Shown one piece after another: positions 1-13,301 of a stretch of 64,000 nucleotides of DNA (the first letter of the stretch is position 1; each line of letters starts with the position of its first letter). The notes under the pieces were generated by a model. The model was given only the letters and a program-made list of their open reading frames with translations. It made no database searches and was not told where the DNA came from. The position numbers were made by a program, and so were the translations under genes. Source of the DNA: Podarcis liolepis (taxonomy: Eukaryota); assembly GCA_965112155.1 (NCBI GenBank), contig OZ218099.1. One strand, written 5' to 3'.

Positions 1-2118
1 AAATGTAAAGTGCTCTTTTATACATATTATTGTGAGCATTCTAGGTTGAATTTTGTTTTTATCGTTGTTTTGAAATGTTTTTGTGAGTCAAAACTTAGGG
101 AAATGACAAATACACCATCATTTGCCTTGGGAGTTTTTATTGAAGGATGGTATAAAAGCATATTAAATAAATTAGTTCCTGAATGGGAACTTTGGCTGAT
201 ACGCTTATTTTCTCCTTCAAAATTATTGTGCAGGATAGACTGTCATGTTCAACACCTTAGGGCAGCTGAATTTTACTGATTAGACCATACCTCTATACAA
301 TGAATGTCTAACTATATACAGTATCGCCTATGTAGCACCCTTTGAAATTGAAGGAGCATGATGTAAACATATAATCTGTAAAGTAGTTATGCCCTACTGT
401 TTGTAATGGGATTATTTTGCGATTGGTTGTCCTATGAGAAACACCCTGGTCTTTTCTCAGGAGCTCGGCCTTTCTCTGGTGGGTTTCTTACGATAGTTCT
501 GTACTTTCACCTGAGCGCTTTACACTGTAAAGCATTCAATCAAAAATGCAAAACCAGAGTCCCTTCTGTTTCTTTGCACTTATCACTGAATTAAGCACAA
601 AATAGGCTTTGAAGGAGCTGAGGCGTGGAAGCTTCTACCTTCTTTGAGTGGCAGGAGGAAGTGGAGAAAGGGTGCTTGGGGGCACGGATATGCGGGGAGG
701 GGAGGGGACCATACGCACTGCCTTCATCTTTCACTTCTCTGTGTCCTCATCAAGGCAGATTCAGTGCCATGGGCTGAGGGTAGGTGGGTGGGGTGGAGTG
801 GGGGGGGGGGAAGGATCCAAGGCACAGGGAGAGCTGATTCTCCAGTGTCCATAGCTCCCTAACAAACTCCAGCAAGCCATGAATCTTTCATTTAATCTCT
901 CCTGACACGCCTGTCATTTTCTCCGGAGAGAAGCGGAGAATCTCTCGCCGAAGGAGGTCATTAGCTGTCAGGGAAGGTTCCGACTGCCTTCCTGTCTCTG
1001 TATCGATTAAGCCTCCACATGCGCGCAAGCACTGTGGAGGGAATATTGATGGGGCTGCCAGAAGTTTGGCTTGGGCTAGAGATTGGGTGTATCTTTTCAC
1101 TGGGTGGGAGGGACAAGGGCTCGTGGGGCTGCTTGATGAAGATATAACCCCAAATTTGTCTGCCTCTACAACCCTGCCCTCACAGAGCTATTGTCCGCTT
1201 TAGGCTCTTGCTTTTTCGTTTTCTGTGTGGGAGCTTTATTTCCTTAGACCCTTGGAAGGCAAAATCTAATATTGCCAGCTCTGGAGAGCAGAGAGTGATG
1301 ACTCCAGCTGCTGCTTAGTTTGAGATATCACTGTCACTCAGTTTGTACGATTCACCAGAAAATCCTCCTCCTTTCATCGGAGGAGCAGGTTCAACATGAA
1401 CACTGAATGTTAATCAGAATCAAATGATTAGCATGTTTAGTTTTTATTATATATCACCATAGTGACAATATTGTACAAGGGCTGTACACTATTGGAGGGT
1501 CTCTGAAAGCCACTTAGTCCACAGTGAGTGTATGCCAGCAGTGCTTTTTTAAAAAAAGTACAAATTCTTCACCCAGGTAACCTAATTCCTGTGCCAAGAG
1601 AAGCTGGAGTCTGTAATGCAAATAAATTATGCACATGACGTGACTTCAAATAGATTTGCTTATTTCCCACCAGTGATTCTGTTTCTGCTAGCTATAGGAT
1701 AGGCAGAAGACCTATACGAAAGCATATCCAAACTCTCGCAATATTGTCTGTGCAAGTAAGAAGATTTGCAGGGGGAGGTTCCTGAGGTGCATTGGAGTCC
1801 AGATTCCAATTCCTTTCCCTCAGAAAAGGCCTTCCATCTGGCAGACTTCTAGGAAGCAGCTGGGAACTGGAAATATAAGTACTGCTTTTGGAGAGGGGGA
1901 GGCCCCTGGATATTGGAGACTTTGCATTTGACCAGAGTGTCTTGCTTGGGACGTGTTATCATCCCTGGCAACCACAGATCCAAATGGGTATACTTAGAAC
2001 AAGCCAGAAGAATGCAAAGCTCCCCTGTGGTCTGTGGTGTGATTCCTGATGTATATCTGTTTCTTTCTGTCTGAGGGTGCCTAATGCGACTCTTTTTCTC
2101 TTGTGTTTCCTCTGGCAG

Positions 2119-2215
2119 TATTCCTATGAAGGGAATGGCATCAGTGACCTCCCGGTGAACCTTTCCGTGGTATGGAATGGGAACTTCATCATTGACAATC
2201 CCCAGAACATCCAGG
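2119..2215 (+). CDS. PLXNA1: PLXNA1 window exon 1 (97 nt), end of an IPT domain
   Basis: ggcag|TATTCC...CAGG|gtaag; [32 protein letters not shown]; phase 0 to 1. Confidence 0.95.
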
Positions 2216-2684
2216 GTAAGCTGATGAAGTCGGGTGGGGTGGAGCACCCTTAGCAAAATACAGCAGGAGTTCCCTGCAATGAACTGCTTCTGCATTCCAC
2301 TTCTGAGCCATCCACCTCAGGGCCAGATTGACACCAGTGCACCCCTACAGGTGTAAAATCAAATATTATGCTAGCCTGAGCAAACAAGCTTTCTAACACA
2401 GAGCAAAGTTAGAAGTGGTGGTCTGGGGATTACTGGTTTCTCTCCTGCCCATCAAAGCGCCTTGACCCTCCAAACGCGGTGTACTTGCTCCGAAATATTT
2501 TCTCGGTAGTGTGCTGTCCTTATAAACATGCCCAGCCATTCAATAACTTGTTTGAGACTTAAATGCACGTTCACTTCCTAGACATAAAATGAAATCACTT
2601 TGAAGTCTGCTTTACGATCCTGGCTCCCGCTGCAAGGAACTTAGGACATGATAGTTAGGTTAGTTCTGTAATGGGCAAAGATTA

Positions 2685-2687
<3 letters not shown>

Positions 2688-2721
<34 letters not shown>
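2688..2721. repeat. (CA)17 microsatellite
   Basis: direct reading. Confidence 0.95.
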
Positions 2722-2722
<1 letters not shown>

Positions 2723-2884
2723 CAAATAAATTCACAACATTCTCACAAAATCGTAAACCTCAGAGTTATTTGGGGAAGCCGTGACAACTATGCCAGTTCA
2801 AACCACTTGAAATTTGTGATCCTGATTTTGGTTTTCAGCGGAGATCCTAGCACAGGGAAAGGCAATGTTGTGCCTTTCATATGT

Positions 2885-2990
2885 TGGCGGATTGCAATTC
2901 CCAGCATCCCCAGCCACTATAGCCATAGGCTGGGGATGATGAGAGTTGTAGTCCAGCAGTATGTGGAGGGCACCATTAGGTTATCCCTTC
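2885..2990. repeat. Decayed copy of the palindromic hAT-like MITE family
   Basis: Shares the GGATGATG(G)GAGTTGTAGTCC core with 22124-22259. Further decayed copies lie at about 3900-3960, 6415-6525, 16555-16670, 31760-31890, 33655-33780, 47370-47470 and 51110-51190. Confidence 0.65.
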
Positions 2991-3254
2991 ATTAGTGGAT
3001 AGGCATTTGCATCATAAACAAATCCCTTGCTGGCTGTATTCAGTAGTGAAAGCTGAAAACTATATAGGCAGTGAATACTGTCAAAACTGGCCTGATGCGA
3101 CAAAGCATATGGAAAGTGGTAGACCCTGAGGTCCTTTAGTGGGCATTGTCAACAATTACCCATGAGAGGGGGAATCTGTGTAGCAGTTCTGTCTCCACCC
3201 CACTCCCCAACTTCTTTTTGAATGTAAGCAGGGATTTGTGTTTTCTTCTTGCAG

Positions 3255-3445
3255 CTCACCTATACAAGTGCTCAGCTCTGCGCGAAAGCTGTGGGCTGTG
3301 CCTCAAGGCAGATCCACGCTTCGAGTGTGGCTGGTGTGTGTCAGAAAAGCGATGTTCCCTGCGCCAACATTGCCCAGCCTCTGAGAGCAGCTGGATGCAT
3401 GCCAGCAATGGCAATAGCCGCTGTGCGGACCCCAAAATCATTAAG
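3255..3445 (+). CDS. PLXNA1: PLXNA1 window exon 2 (191 nt), PSI domain
   Basis: ttgcag|CTCAC...ATTAAG|gtatg; [40 protein letters not shown]...RCADPKIIK, Cys-rich PSI pattern; phase 1 to 0. Confidence 0.96.
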
Positions 3446-5339
3446 GTATGCTTGTGAAGGGTAAGCGGGCGGGGGGTTCTTCTTCTCCTTTATCCTCAGT
3501 GCTGAATAGGAAATCGCCTATGGTGGAGGGTACATGGTAGTGGGCAGTTCTGAAGTATTTTAAGGCATGGCTGGCCTAGCTACCAGCGTATGCAGTGTTC
3601 TTGTAGCATATGATACAAGATGTAGTATTCTCCTGACACTTTCTTTCTTCAGACACCAATAACTGGTGCGAAGCCTCTTCTTCCCACCAACCAGTGAGTG
3701 CTCAATGAACAGTAACGAGCAGAATTAGTGTCTCCTGTGATATGCCGCTGATGGGGCAATGCAGTGGTGATTGTAATGGAGAATCAGTGGAATGTGGTTC
3801 AGTGGTCAGAGTTGGATGGAGCTATCCTGTCTTCTGTTCCTAACCCCAATTGACATTTCCCCCACTTCCAGATTCTCCTTGTTCTCCTCCATCTATAGCA
3901 GGGATGGGGAAACCATGGCCCTCCAGGCATTGCTGGGATTACAACTCTCATCATGGTCAGTGGTCACTGTTTCGCCATTCTTGATCTATAGAAGCATGGT
4001 TGTTTTGGAATCTGTTACTGTGGCTTAGGTTTTCGATGTCAACGTTTTGCTCTTAATGGGTATTGTTATATATGTTGTGAAAATCAGGCAAAGTGTACGC
4101 TTTTAAATAAGACATAAATAGGATGGAGATGAATAATATCAGGTGACACTTGTGACCTGTGCAAGTTCATTGGCCAGTGCTGGTGAAGACAGGCATTCCA
4201 AAGAGGGAATTATGAGAGGGCTTTGTTTCCAGGACTGATGATACATATTGAAATTTCGCTTAGAATGACTTTCTGTCGACCTACTACAACAGGCAGAGTA
4301 GTAGGAGTATATTTTTTTTGGCTTGCATACCACTTTCTTTCTCTCCTTTGTTGACAGTGAAAGCTTGATTCCCATTCTGGCCTGTTTCACAGGATTCCTA
4401 GCAAATAGGATTCTGGAAGAAGATGAGGTTTGGTGTGTCGTGGATTCCTCACCCCCCACCCCGGTTGTGTTCACAGTTTTTAGCCACCCATCTTTTCACT
4501 TCCTTAAGACTGGTTGTTTATCATCCCTCTTCTCTTGACAGCTACTATGACCTTCATTTAATAAGATTGTGTATATTAATGTTAACATGTTGGTTGGGCC
4601 AGGCTCCAAGTGCATTAGCAGGGATTGGCAGGTAATTCTATTTGATATGTTCTATTTACCCATATACTGCAAGCCAGGCAGGCCTTGGTGGTGTTAATTA
4701 CCAGAGTCTTAGCACAGTATCTCATCTATTTGGGTTTCAGTGTCTTATCTGTTGAAGGCTGGAAATTAGAGTAGTGCCTCTTGCACTCCCCAAAGCTAGT
4801 TGCTTCTTATTGCTGATTGGCATTGTGGGGCCCTGCGCTGCGTTTGCCAAGGCCTTCACTCTTTGGAAGCCCCCAGCCCACCACAAAAACTGATGGGAGA
4901 GAGCCTGCCTAATTAGTGTCTGCATCTTCTATAAAAAGAAGTAATGACTGTAACACTGGAGATGGGAGGTGGGGGAATGACAGGGGAGTCTTACCGTCTC
5001 AAATCACGTAAGTTATATTACAGATTTCCAGTGGAATAGTACTTAGCATTTATACAGTGCTTTAGGGTGCTCAGGATGTTTCAAATACAGTGGCCGAATA
5101 CTATTTATTTTATTATATTTTTATACCGCTTTTCAGACAAATGGTCTCTTCCAAAGCAGCTCTCATCAATTAAAGAGAGAGGGAAGAAGAGAGAGAGAGA
5201 GATGGGGAGCCTTCCATCAGGCTTCTAAACTTAAAAAATAAGAAGAAGAAGGAACACAAAGAAAGGGGAGGTGGAGGGAAAAGGTAGAGCAAGGGATATC
5301 ATTTTGACAATACTACAGCAAGGTGGTGAGTTGTAAATA

Positions 5340-5750
5340 GGCATTTATTTGATTGTGGGTTGTGTTTATGAGATGACTCATAAACTAAATTCTCCAGGTG
5401 GCAAGCAGAGATTGAAAACACAACAATAAAACCACACTACAATAAAACCCACAGTAAGATTAAGAGACATAAAAGCAAAGTACAAAACCAGCACAATAAA
5501 ATGCCACAGACAGCACAGAACTAAAACAGCCATTAGATGCATGCGCTAAAGCCACCATATGCCACAGGACTTAAAGTCTGATCTTAAAAGACCTGGGAGA
5601 ATAGTAAAGTCTTAGCCTGATGCTAAAAAGGCAGCAATGTCGGTGTCCGGCAAGCTACCCTAGGGAGAGTATTCCTTAGTCAACGGCTGCCACCAGAAAG
5701 TCCCTCCTTTGTTTCTACCCTCCAAATTTCACATTGAGAAGCTAAACAGA
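5340..5750 (-). mobile_element. Decayed L2-type LINE 3' end
   Basis: A-rich AATAAAA-repeat segment followed by CCTGGGAGAA...GGGAGAGTATTCC...GCTGCCACCAGAAAGTCCCT, resembling the antisense L2 ORF2 C-terminus; boundaries approximate. Confidence 0.55.
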
Positions 5751-5769
5751 GAGGGGCATAACCAGAGAG

Positions 5770-5915
5770 AATATAGCCATTGTGACTAACAGCAATTGAT
5801 AGCCTTGTCCTCCATGAATGTGTCTGAACCTCTTTTAAAGCCATCCAAGTTGGTGGCCATTACTACTTCCTATGGGAACACATTCCATAGTTTAAGTATT
5901 CACTGTGTGAAGAAC
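5770..5915 (-). mobile_element. CR1 fragment
   Basis: TCCTCCATGAATGTGTCTGAACCTCTTTTAAAGCCATCCAAGTTGGTGGCCATTACTACTTCC...TTCCATAGTTTAAG...TGTGTGAAGAA is the antisense of the CR1 ORF2 end. Confidence 0.7.
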
Positions 5916-8900
5916 TGCATCTCTTCCTGGGTCACCAGCTCCTTTTAGACAAGTGTATGATACTAGAATCCTAAATCTTGATTTAAGATATTCACACTGA
6001 CTCCTGATTGCAAGGTATGAAGCTCTCAAGAACCAATTCTGACTGAACCCTGTTATGTGAAGTGTGGGGCTGTCATGAAGAGGTTTGTGAACCTAAAACC
6101 ATTGTGTAGTGTCAAGGCTACTAAATGGTGTTGATAACGCACATCTTGTTTACCTGCCAATTTTTGAGCACTTGCCAGCATTAGGTTTTAATGATACTCT
6201 CAGCATCATTAAATAATTAAAATTAAATTAAGAACTTGTCACACTAATTATAAGCTCTGTGTGGGCAAATCAAGTAGTGTGGCTTTCCATGCATGCATTC
6301 CAAGTTTGGGGACTTATCATTGGTGCTTTTTCCAACTGTTTCTCTGGTTGAAGCCTTGAAGGCCATGCAGCCTTCGTAGGTGCTTCTCCAGACAATTGTT
6401 GATGACTTCCTGGTGCTTTCTAGATGTTGTTGGGCTCCAGCTCCCATTAGCCTTGACCAGTGTAACCAATAGTAATGGGAGTTGGACCTAAACAACACCA
6501 AAAGGGCGCCACGTTGGCTACCCTTGCGATAAGATCAGCTTCAGTGCAGTGGAATGAATGATGGGCACAGCATGTACAACGAAATAGAATATGTAACCTT
6601 TTCACCTGGAAAATGTTAAACTGTATGGGTCACTAGTCTGGAACAGGTGGAGAACTTTCTGCTTGGCACTCTTGATTCCTTCTACTCCAAGGGTTCCAGA
6701 AGAGCACCATTGCTATCTCTGTAGCACTGTTACTGTGCAGAAGGCTTTACAGTGTTCTTATCTCCTCAAAACGATAATACTATGCCAAATAAACGAGTTT
6801 AGCCTTAATTTTACGGTGGTGAGTCAGTACTCCATTAGATCTTCCAGACTTGTCTTTTATCAACCTGGCGTGATGCTATGTTCCAGAATCAAGCCCAAAT
6901 GTAGTGCCTTTCTTTCTTAACACAGCTTGGGAAGCAAACCCATCATTCTAAGTAGCTGCGCTACCGATGTCAGTATCACTTCACTTTTGAAAGCCTGATC
7001 TCAGAGACTCCTAATAGAAGTTTTGCTGCTGCACAAGAAGATGGAAGCTTGCTTCTTTGTGCTTTCAAAGCTCCAGTTTTAAGTGGTACATTCTCAGCTA
7101 GAATATATGCATTCAGGCACAGGAGGGCCGTTCTGAAATGAAATGATCAAATGGCCAAACCGGTTAGTTGATGATTCATTATCTCATCTTTTGGGCACTG
7201 ATATATCTTGTGTCCACTTCATTTGGCAGATCTGAAGGGTTTGTGCTCTGAAACCAATTAGCAAAAGAGTGCTGTTGTTTGTCAGGGATGGAGCTGGGGT
7301 GGGAGAGTGCCTGCTTCTGTGACTCTGTGTGTGAGTGTTTAAGGGGAGACGGTTCAAGAAAGAGCCAGGTTTCCCTGCCAGCTCTGGTTCCCAAGTGCCT
7401 TGTTTAGCCGCGACCTCCCCACACAGTGTGTCAAGCAGTGTCAACTTTTTCCCAGAGTTGCTGCTCCCCAAACGTGTGGCCCTTGTCAGTTTTGCTGCAG
7501 TGGAGGGGAAATCTAACATACCACGGCAGCCTTTAACACTAATTTAACAATACCAAACAAACAGCCACGGCTCACCAAGTATCCCAGAGGAGCCCAATTT
7601 AGGAAAGAATGACTTGGGTTGCCTGCTGCAGCAGCTGCCTTAATGAGTTCTGATCCAGGACTTTAGCAGATGATTGGATTGAATTTAGGCGAGCAGCAAA
7701 CCCCCAAAGCTCAAATCGGTTTGACTGTTGTATAAATTCTGAGGCATAGCATGTGATTGCCCTAGGCCTGCTTGTAAGTTAACTCGTGGAGCAGCCTGCA
7801 AGTCAGGGAGCGGAGAAAGGAGCCAGGGTTTGTGGGCTTTGGATGCCTAATCCAAGTTGGCTTTGGGCATGCTACAACCTCTTTGTGCCTTGGCTGCTGG
7901 TAATTCTCCAGCGTAGCCTCCTTTTGCTGCTTTGTTAATGAGGCTTGGATGGTGTTTGTGAGGCAAGAGTCGGAGAATGAAAAATAAAGTGTTATGTTTT
8001 AATGACTCATGTTGATGCCTTGGTCAGGTATGTTGAAGGAGATGTTCTTTACGTTTGCACTGCCCCCTGGGGCTGGAGGAAATAGCTCTCTGTTGGTTTG
8101 CTACTTCCCCTCTACCAAGTCTGTCTGCTCCAAATGATGGCCCATATTGTAGAATGAAAGGGCCCCGTTCTGGAGGCGAGGAGTGTCTGAGGACCTGTGA
8201 TTCTGAGAGTACAGGCCTAACACAAACTTTGCCTGTTTCTAGGGGTGGCTACTGGAGGAGGGTAGTGTTGCAGAGGCTGAGATCTCCCCAGCTAGAAAAA
8301 AGTTGCATCATACATGAGCAGCCTTTTGCCATCTAATTATTGTAGCACACTCTGCATGCTGCTACCCTCCTTGACAAATATTCAGAAGAGGTGCCTGATA
8401 CACAGTGAGATAGCATGGGGACTGGAGGACTGCTGTGTATTTTCACTCAAGTCTGTGGCCCTATTGTTAGACATGGTAAGGCTGTCTGCCTGAAGCAGCA
8501 TAGTTTGGGGTAACATTAAAAGGCAGCCATTTCTGCCCCCACCCCAGCTATTTTATTAATATATTTTACCACCATCGGTAGTGGTGGCAGAGTTGCCATT
8601 TGGATTATCGGCCTCAGGCATGAATTTTTGGAGGGCTGCTTCTCATTACGTTTATGTTTCAAGATCTCCATTGGTGCCTTACTAGGTATCCAGCAACAAT
8701 AGAAGATACTGGCTTAGAACTAAGAAGTTTGGCCCACACATGCCTTAGAAATCTCTTTCCCATCTTATGACACATCTTTACTGTTAAAATCAACACAGTC
8801 TGTGCCTTCCTAATAAAGCAATCTGTGCAAGAGCGTGTAGTGAGGTAACTTTGTGGCTGCCTCATAATTATAGAAATCCCTGCTCCTGGAGGTTTGCCAG

Positions 8901-10586
8901 AGCCTGTGCATTATCTGTAGATAATATAAGGCTTTTCTGTTGGAAGCAGCAATGGGAGGCCTGTAGTGGCTTTGTCTTGATGATATTTTGATGCCTTCGG
9001 TCTATTTTTAAACATGAGATCCTTTCTGAACATTTGGAAGCTGGCAGGATGCAGATTTAAACAAATAATGGGGATGTGTTCTCAGGCATGGTTGCTACTT
9101 CCCACCAGTTTAGAAAGTTTAGGCTGTATGCAGAGCCAGCAGGAACAGTGGGACCAGTAGCTTTAATGTTGACTGGTCAGGTAAGCAATCTGCAGTTGCT
9201 TTTGCTAGGCCTATTTCAGTGCATCGACAATGACTATGCTGAGGCTTCTTTCTCCTGGAGCCCACTTCCCTTGGCTTGGGTTGCAAGTGACCCAGCACAG
9301 AGCTTTCCCCACCTGCATGCCCATTAATCGTCTTATCACTTGCAGGTGTGTGCTGAGCACCAGGGGGGCAGCAAAATGTGGTGTAAAATTGCCCATAATT
9401 GCCTTGTTAGTGGCAATGGTGGGCCTGTGCCACACTGCTCATCCGTCATCACGCAGTGTGTGTCAAGCCACACCTGTCCGCTTTATTGGGAATCATCTTA
9501 ACAAATGAGGCATATCATGCTCACTGGGGCTCCCCTCCCTCCCCAGCTGGTGCTGTCAGAAACCTCACATGCTGGGATACACCAGAGTTGGTAGGGGAAG
9601 AGAGGATCCACTATACAGGGGTTAACTGGTGTCTCCCTTGGTGGGGAGGGCTCTGGAGAGATTACGTTCCCTCCGCTAACTCACAGCATGAAAGAAAAAT
9701 AGCCTCTCTGCAAGTGTCCACTGCCCTTGCCAAGGATATGCAGAATGCCAAAAAAAGTAAAAAAAAGTGGGACGTTCTGTGCCATTCTGAAGGATAGTCC
9801 ATTGTTGAGACCATGAACAAGCCATGCTACGGGGAAAAACTTTTACTATTTCCATTTTCATGTCACCATACCTACAGAGTGAGCCAGAGCGAATCAACAG
9901 CTTACATACATTAGCCATTGTGATACCTTGGAGCCACCTGCTTGAATATTAGCAGAATCAACAGTCCAGCCATTCCAAACATGTGGTTTAGGCATCCTGA
10001 AGCTTATTCACAGGGGGATAGATGCATGGGTGTTATTTTCTTTTTGCTGTGCTCCAGCACAATGAAACTCCTGGTGCTTTTCAGAAATGTAAAATGTATT
10101 TTCACCGTGTGCACAGCCCAGATGCCTTCTCTCCAGTTGCTGTGGTTGGAAGGGAATGACTGGGACTCGGTCCTTCAGGGCAAAGCTGAAATATTGCGCT
10201 GGTTGTCCTTAATAATACCAAAGTTCTTACCACCATGCAGGTGGTGAATAGTTGGTGTAAAACAGTACCCGGTTTGTGTGGCAGTACTGTGGGGAGCAGA
10301 GAAGTGGATGTTGTGTCAACAGGTTGAGGTGGGAAAGGTGGATTATTATCACTGCTTGGAAGACAGCAACCTATTCAGAACACCTGTCTGGGTTTTAAGC
10401 ACTTGCTATCTTCATTTTAGTTTACCTGATTATATGTTTATTTTCTAACCTGCATGGAGCTGTAGATATTTAAATAAGCCCTAGATATATAAATGTTGGG
10501 TAAGCTGCTGAGTTGTTATGGCATGTAAGCAAACTGTTGACAATGGCCTAATGAATCCAATAACAGTCTGGTTTGTTTCTTCCTAG

Positions 10587-10738
10587 CTGACACCTGAAAC
10601 AGGCCCCCGGCAGGGCGGTACTCGCTTAACCATCACTGGAGAGAACCTGGGCTTGAAGTTTGAGGACGTACGCTTGGGTGTGTGGGTTGGCAAAGTGACG
10701 TGCATGCCCATCGAGAGCGAATACATCAGCGCTGAGCA
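10587..10738 (+). CDS. PLXNA1: PLXNA1 window exon 3 (152 nt), IPT/TIG domain
   Basis: tcctag|CTGACA...GAGCA|gtgagt; [50 protein letters not shown]; phase 0 to 2; not in ORF track. Confidence 0.95.
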
Positions 10739-11264
10739 GTGAGTAACCTCCAAAAGAGGGCTGGCAATGAAGGGATGAGCTGTGGGAATATCTCAGTAGT
10801 ATATTGGTCCCCTGGTTTGCTGGACCAAGATAAAAGCCAAAGCTTTGCTAAAGAAAAGCTTTTGCTAAAGATGCTGCTTAGGGTTGATGAGGTCATATCT
10901 GTTTCTTATCCAGTCTGGTTTCAGGCTTAGTTTCGGGACCAAAACAGCATTGGTGGATTATCTGTACCAGAAACTAGTTGGGGAGTTTATCCCTGTTGTT
11001 TCTGCAGCATTTGATACCATGGAGAATTCCTGGGATGCTTGGCTGGTATAGGCACTGGGAACATCATTTTATTGTGGACGTTCAGAAGGTAGTCTTCGGG
11101 GATGTGTTGCTCAGCCTCCTGGTTGTTGGCTTGTGGCTCTTTTTCACCCCCTCCTTTTAAAAAAAAGTCTACATGAAGCTGTCAGGGTACGGCCTCATCT
11201 ATACACTGATGATACCTAGCTCTATCTCTCCTTTTCAACTAATCTGATGAAGTGGTGGAAATTT

Positions 11265-11490
11265 TGAACCGTCGTCTGGATGCAGTGAAGGACTTGATGG
11301 GGACTAACAAGGCCTCAGTCCACATAAGACAGAGGTGCAATTGTTCAGTAGAGAAGCTGATTCAGGACTGAGAGTCCAACCAGTCTGAGGTGGGGTTGCA
11401 TTAGCTCTGAAGAATCAGATTCACTATTTGGGAGTGTTCTTAGATGCAGCATTACTCCTGGAAGTTCAGGTGGCTACTGTGACCAGGTGG
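11265..11490 (+). mobile_element. Decayed L2 RT fragment
   Basis: Degenerate translation LDAVKDLMGTNK...KTEV...GVALALKNQIHYLGVFLDAALLLEVQVATVTR resembles the L2 RT thumb region. Confidence 0.62.
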
Positions 11491-11524
11491 TCTAAATGTC
11501 GCTGCCAGCACGTCGTGGGATGTG

Positions 11525-11730
11525 AAGGACCAGTGTGGTCTAGTCCATAAGAGTTGAACTGGGACTGGGTTCAGCTCCCTGCTTACTTATGAAGCTCACT
11601 GGGTAACCATAGGAATAACTGCTGTATCTCTTGTCCTAACCTCCCCATATGGAGAAGTTACGATAATAAATAGGATGACAAGTGAATGAGCACCTCTCTT
11701 GAGTTGTTTGGAGAAAAAAGATGGATGGAA
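11525..11730 (+). mobile_element. Decayed tRNA-derived (MIR/Squam2-like) SINE
   Basis: CAGTGTGGTCTAGT...GGGTTCAGCTCCC...ATGAAGCTCACTGGGTAACC; similar remnants lie at about 23480-23610 and 47098-47170. Confidence 0.5.
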
Positions 11731-12756
11731 GAGTAGCTAGAAAGACCTAATGAATCTTTCTAGATAGCTTCTGTATTTGGTTGCACAAAATACTGGCAAA
11801 ATGTCAGTATTTTGCAACATTTTATGAGAATGATTCATCTGACTTCATTAGTAAGAAATATTTGGTGAATGGCTCTACATGACTGACCGGAAGAGTTAGT
11901 CTTCCAGTCTTTCATAGGCTTTCTTGAAGCTATGATTTTGGAAGATTTTAACTTTCTATCCTTAGTGGTGGTGGGTTCTTTTGCAGAGTTAGCATTAGCT
12001 AAAAGTCCCACTCTGGATATTCTGAATTTATTTTCTGGCTTCTTAGCAAAGTCCTTGATGTGTGTTGGGAGATCTGCACTATCTAAAGCTGATCAATTCT
12101 GGCTAGCCAGCTGGAAGCAATAACTTCCTTTTCTCTCTGTATATCCTTCTTTGTTCTACTGTCTTAACAACTCAGGCTATTCCAATTTAAAAACATGTAT
12201 AAATTTACAGAGCAAGTTCAAAAAGCTAGAGGATTTAATAAGAGAAATCAATTTATGAACATGTGGGTGCCTTTCCTTTCATATGCAGATAGCAGTGATT
12301 TCAAATACGTGTGCTGGAAATGTGTAGGATTTTTCCCCGCATTGTTTAATTTATGGACGGTGCATTAACACAACTGCAATAGGAGTAAGGGAGGAGGGAA
12401 AACAGGGGTTCTTTTCTGTTTCTCTTTGTATTTTGTTAAATTTTAATTGATTTCCTGCTGAGTTGAGTGTTACAGCACTCGTAATATTTTATATATTTTG
12501 CAGTTTTGATATGCCTATTGTTCAAAAGTCAATTTGATATGTGCTGAGAAATCACTTCCTGAAATTGTGAAATGGCATTTAATTAAAAAGCAACAGCAAC
12601 AGCCCAGGAAAATGTGACGACAAGTGCTTGTCCTTACTATAAATTAGAGCAGAAATAACTGGCTTCTTGGCCTGAGCAGGTGGCCTGAGAACTGCAGGCC
12701 AGCTCTGCTGAGACATTGCGTACATGTTACACAATCACTTACTGTGCCTTCCCTAG

Positions 12757-12877
12757 GATCGTCTGTGAGATTGGAGAAGCCAGCCCAAGCAAAATCCAAG
12801 AGGCCCCTGTGGAAGTTTGTGTCAGGGACTGCTCCCCCAGCTACAAAGCTATATCCCCGAAAAGCTTCACCTTTGTG
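12757..12877 (+). CDS. PLXNA1: PLXNA1 window exon 4 (121 nt), IPT domain
   Basis: ccctag|GATC...TTTGTG|gtaagg; [40 protein letters not shown]; phase 2 to 0. Confidence 0.95.
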
Positions 12878-13164
12878 GTAAGGATATAGTCTTCTCTATC
12901 ACCTTTCCTTACTTTGAATCCCACTTCCCTCCTATAATAGTTTTATTTATCTAAATTTTGCAAGGCCACCTATGCACTTGACTATCTGACCCACTTTTTA
13001 TTATCAAGAGGTGTCCAGTAGAATGAAAGAATGTATTGTGGCCCTGTGGTGCACAAAATGGCTGAGGTCAGAGGAATTTTCCCTTGCAGCATTCACTTTT
13101 ATTGTTCCTGGGCACCAAGGACACCTTCTGAACTCTGTGAACTTGCTGTGTTTCCCTTTGACAG

Positions 13165-13301
13165 ACTCCCACTTTCTCGCAAGTGTCACCAGCTCGGGGC
13201 CCTGTCTCTGGGGGCACCTGGATCAGCATAAAAGGAAAGCACCTTGATGCAGGAAGTGACATCACAGTAACCATTGGAGGGCAACAGTGCGCCTTTCCAA
13301 G
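13165..13301 (+). CDS. PLXNA1: PLXNA1 window exon 5 (137 nt), IPT domain
   Basis: tgacag|ACTCCC...CCAAG|gtgagc; [45 protein letters not shown]; phase 0 to 2. Confidence 0.94.
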
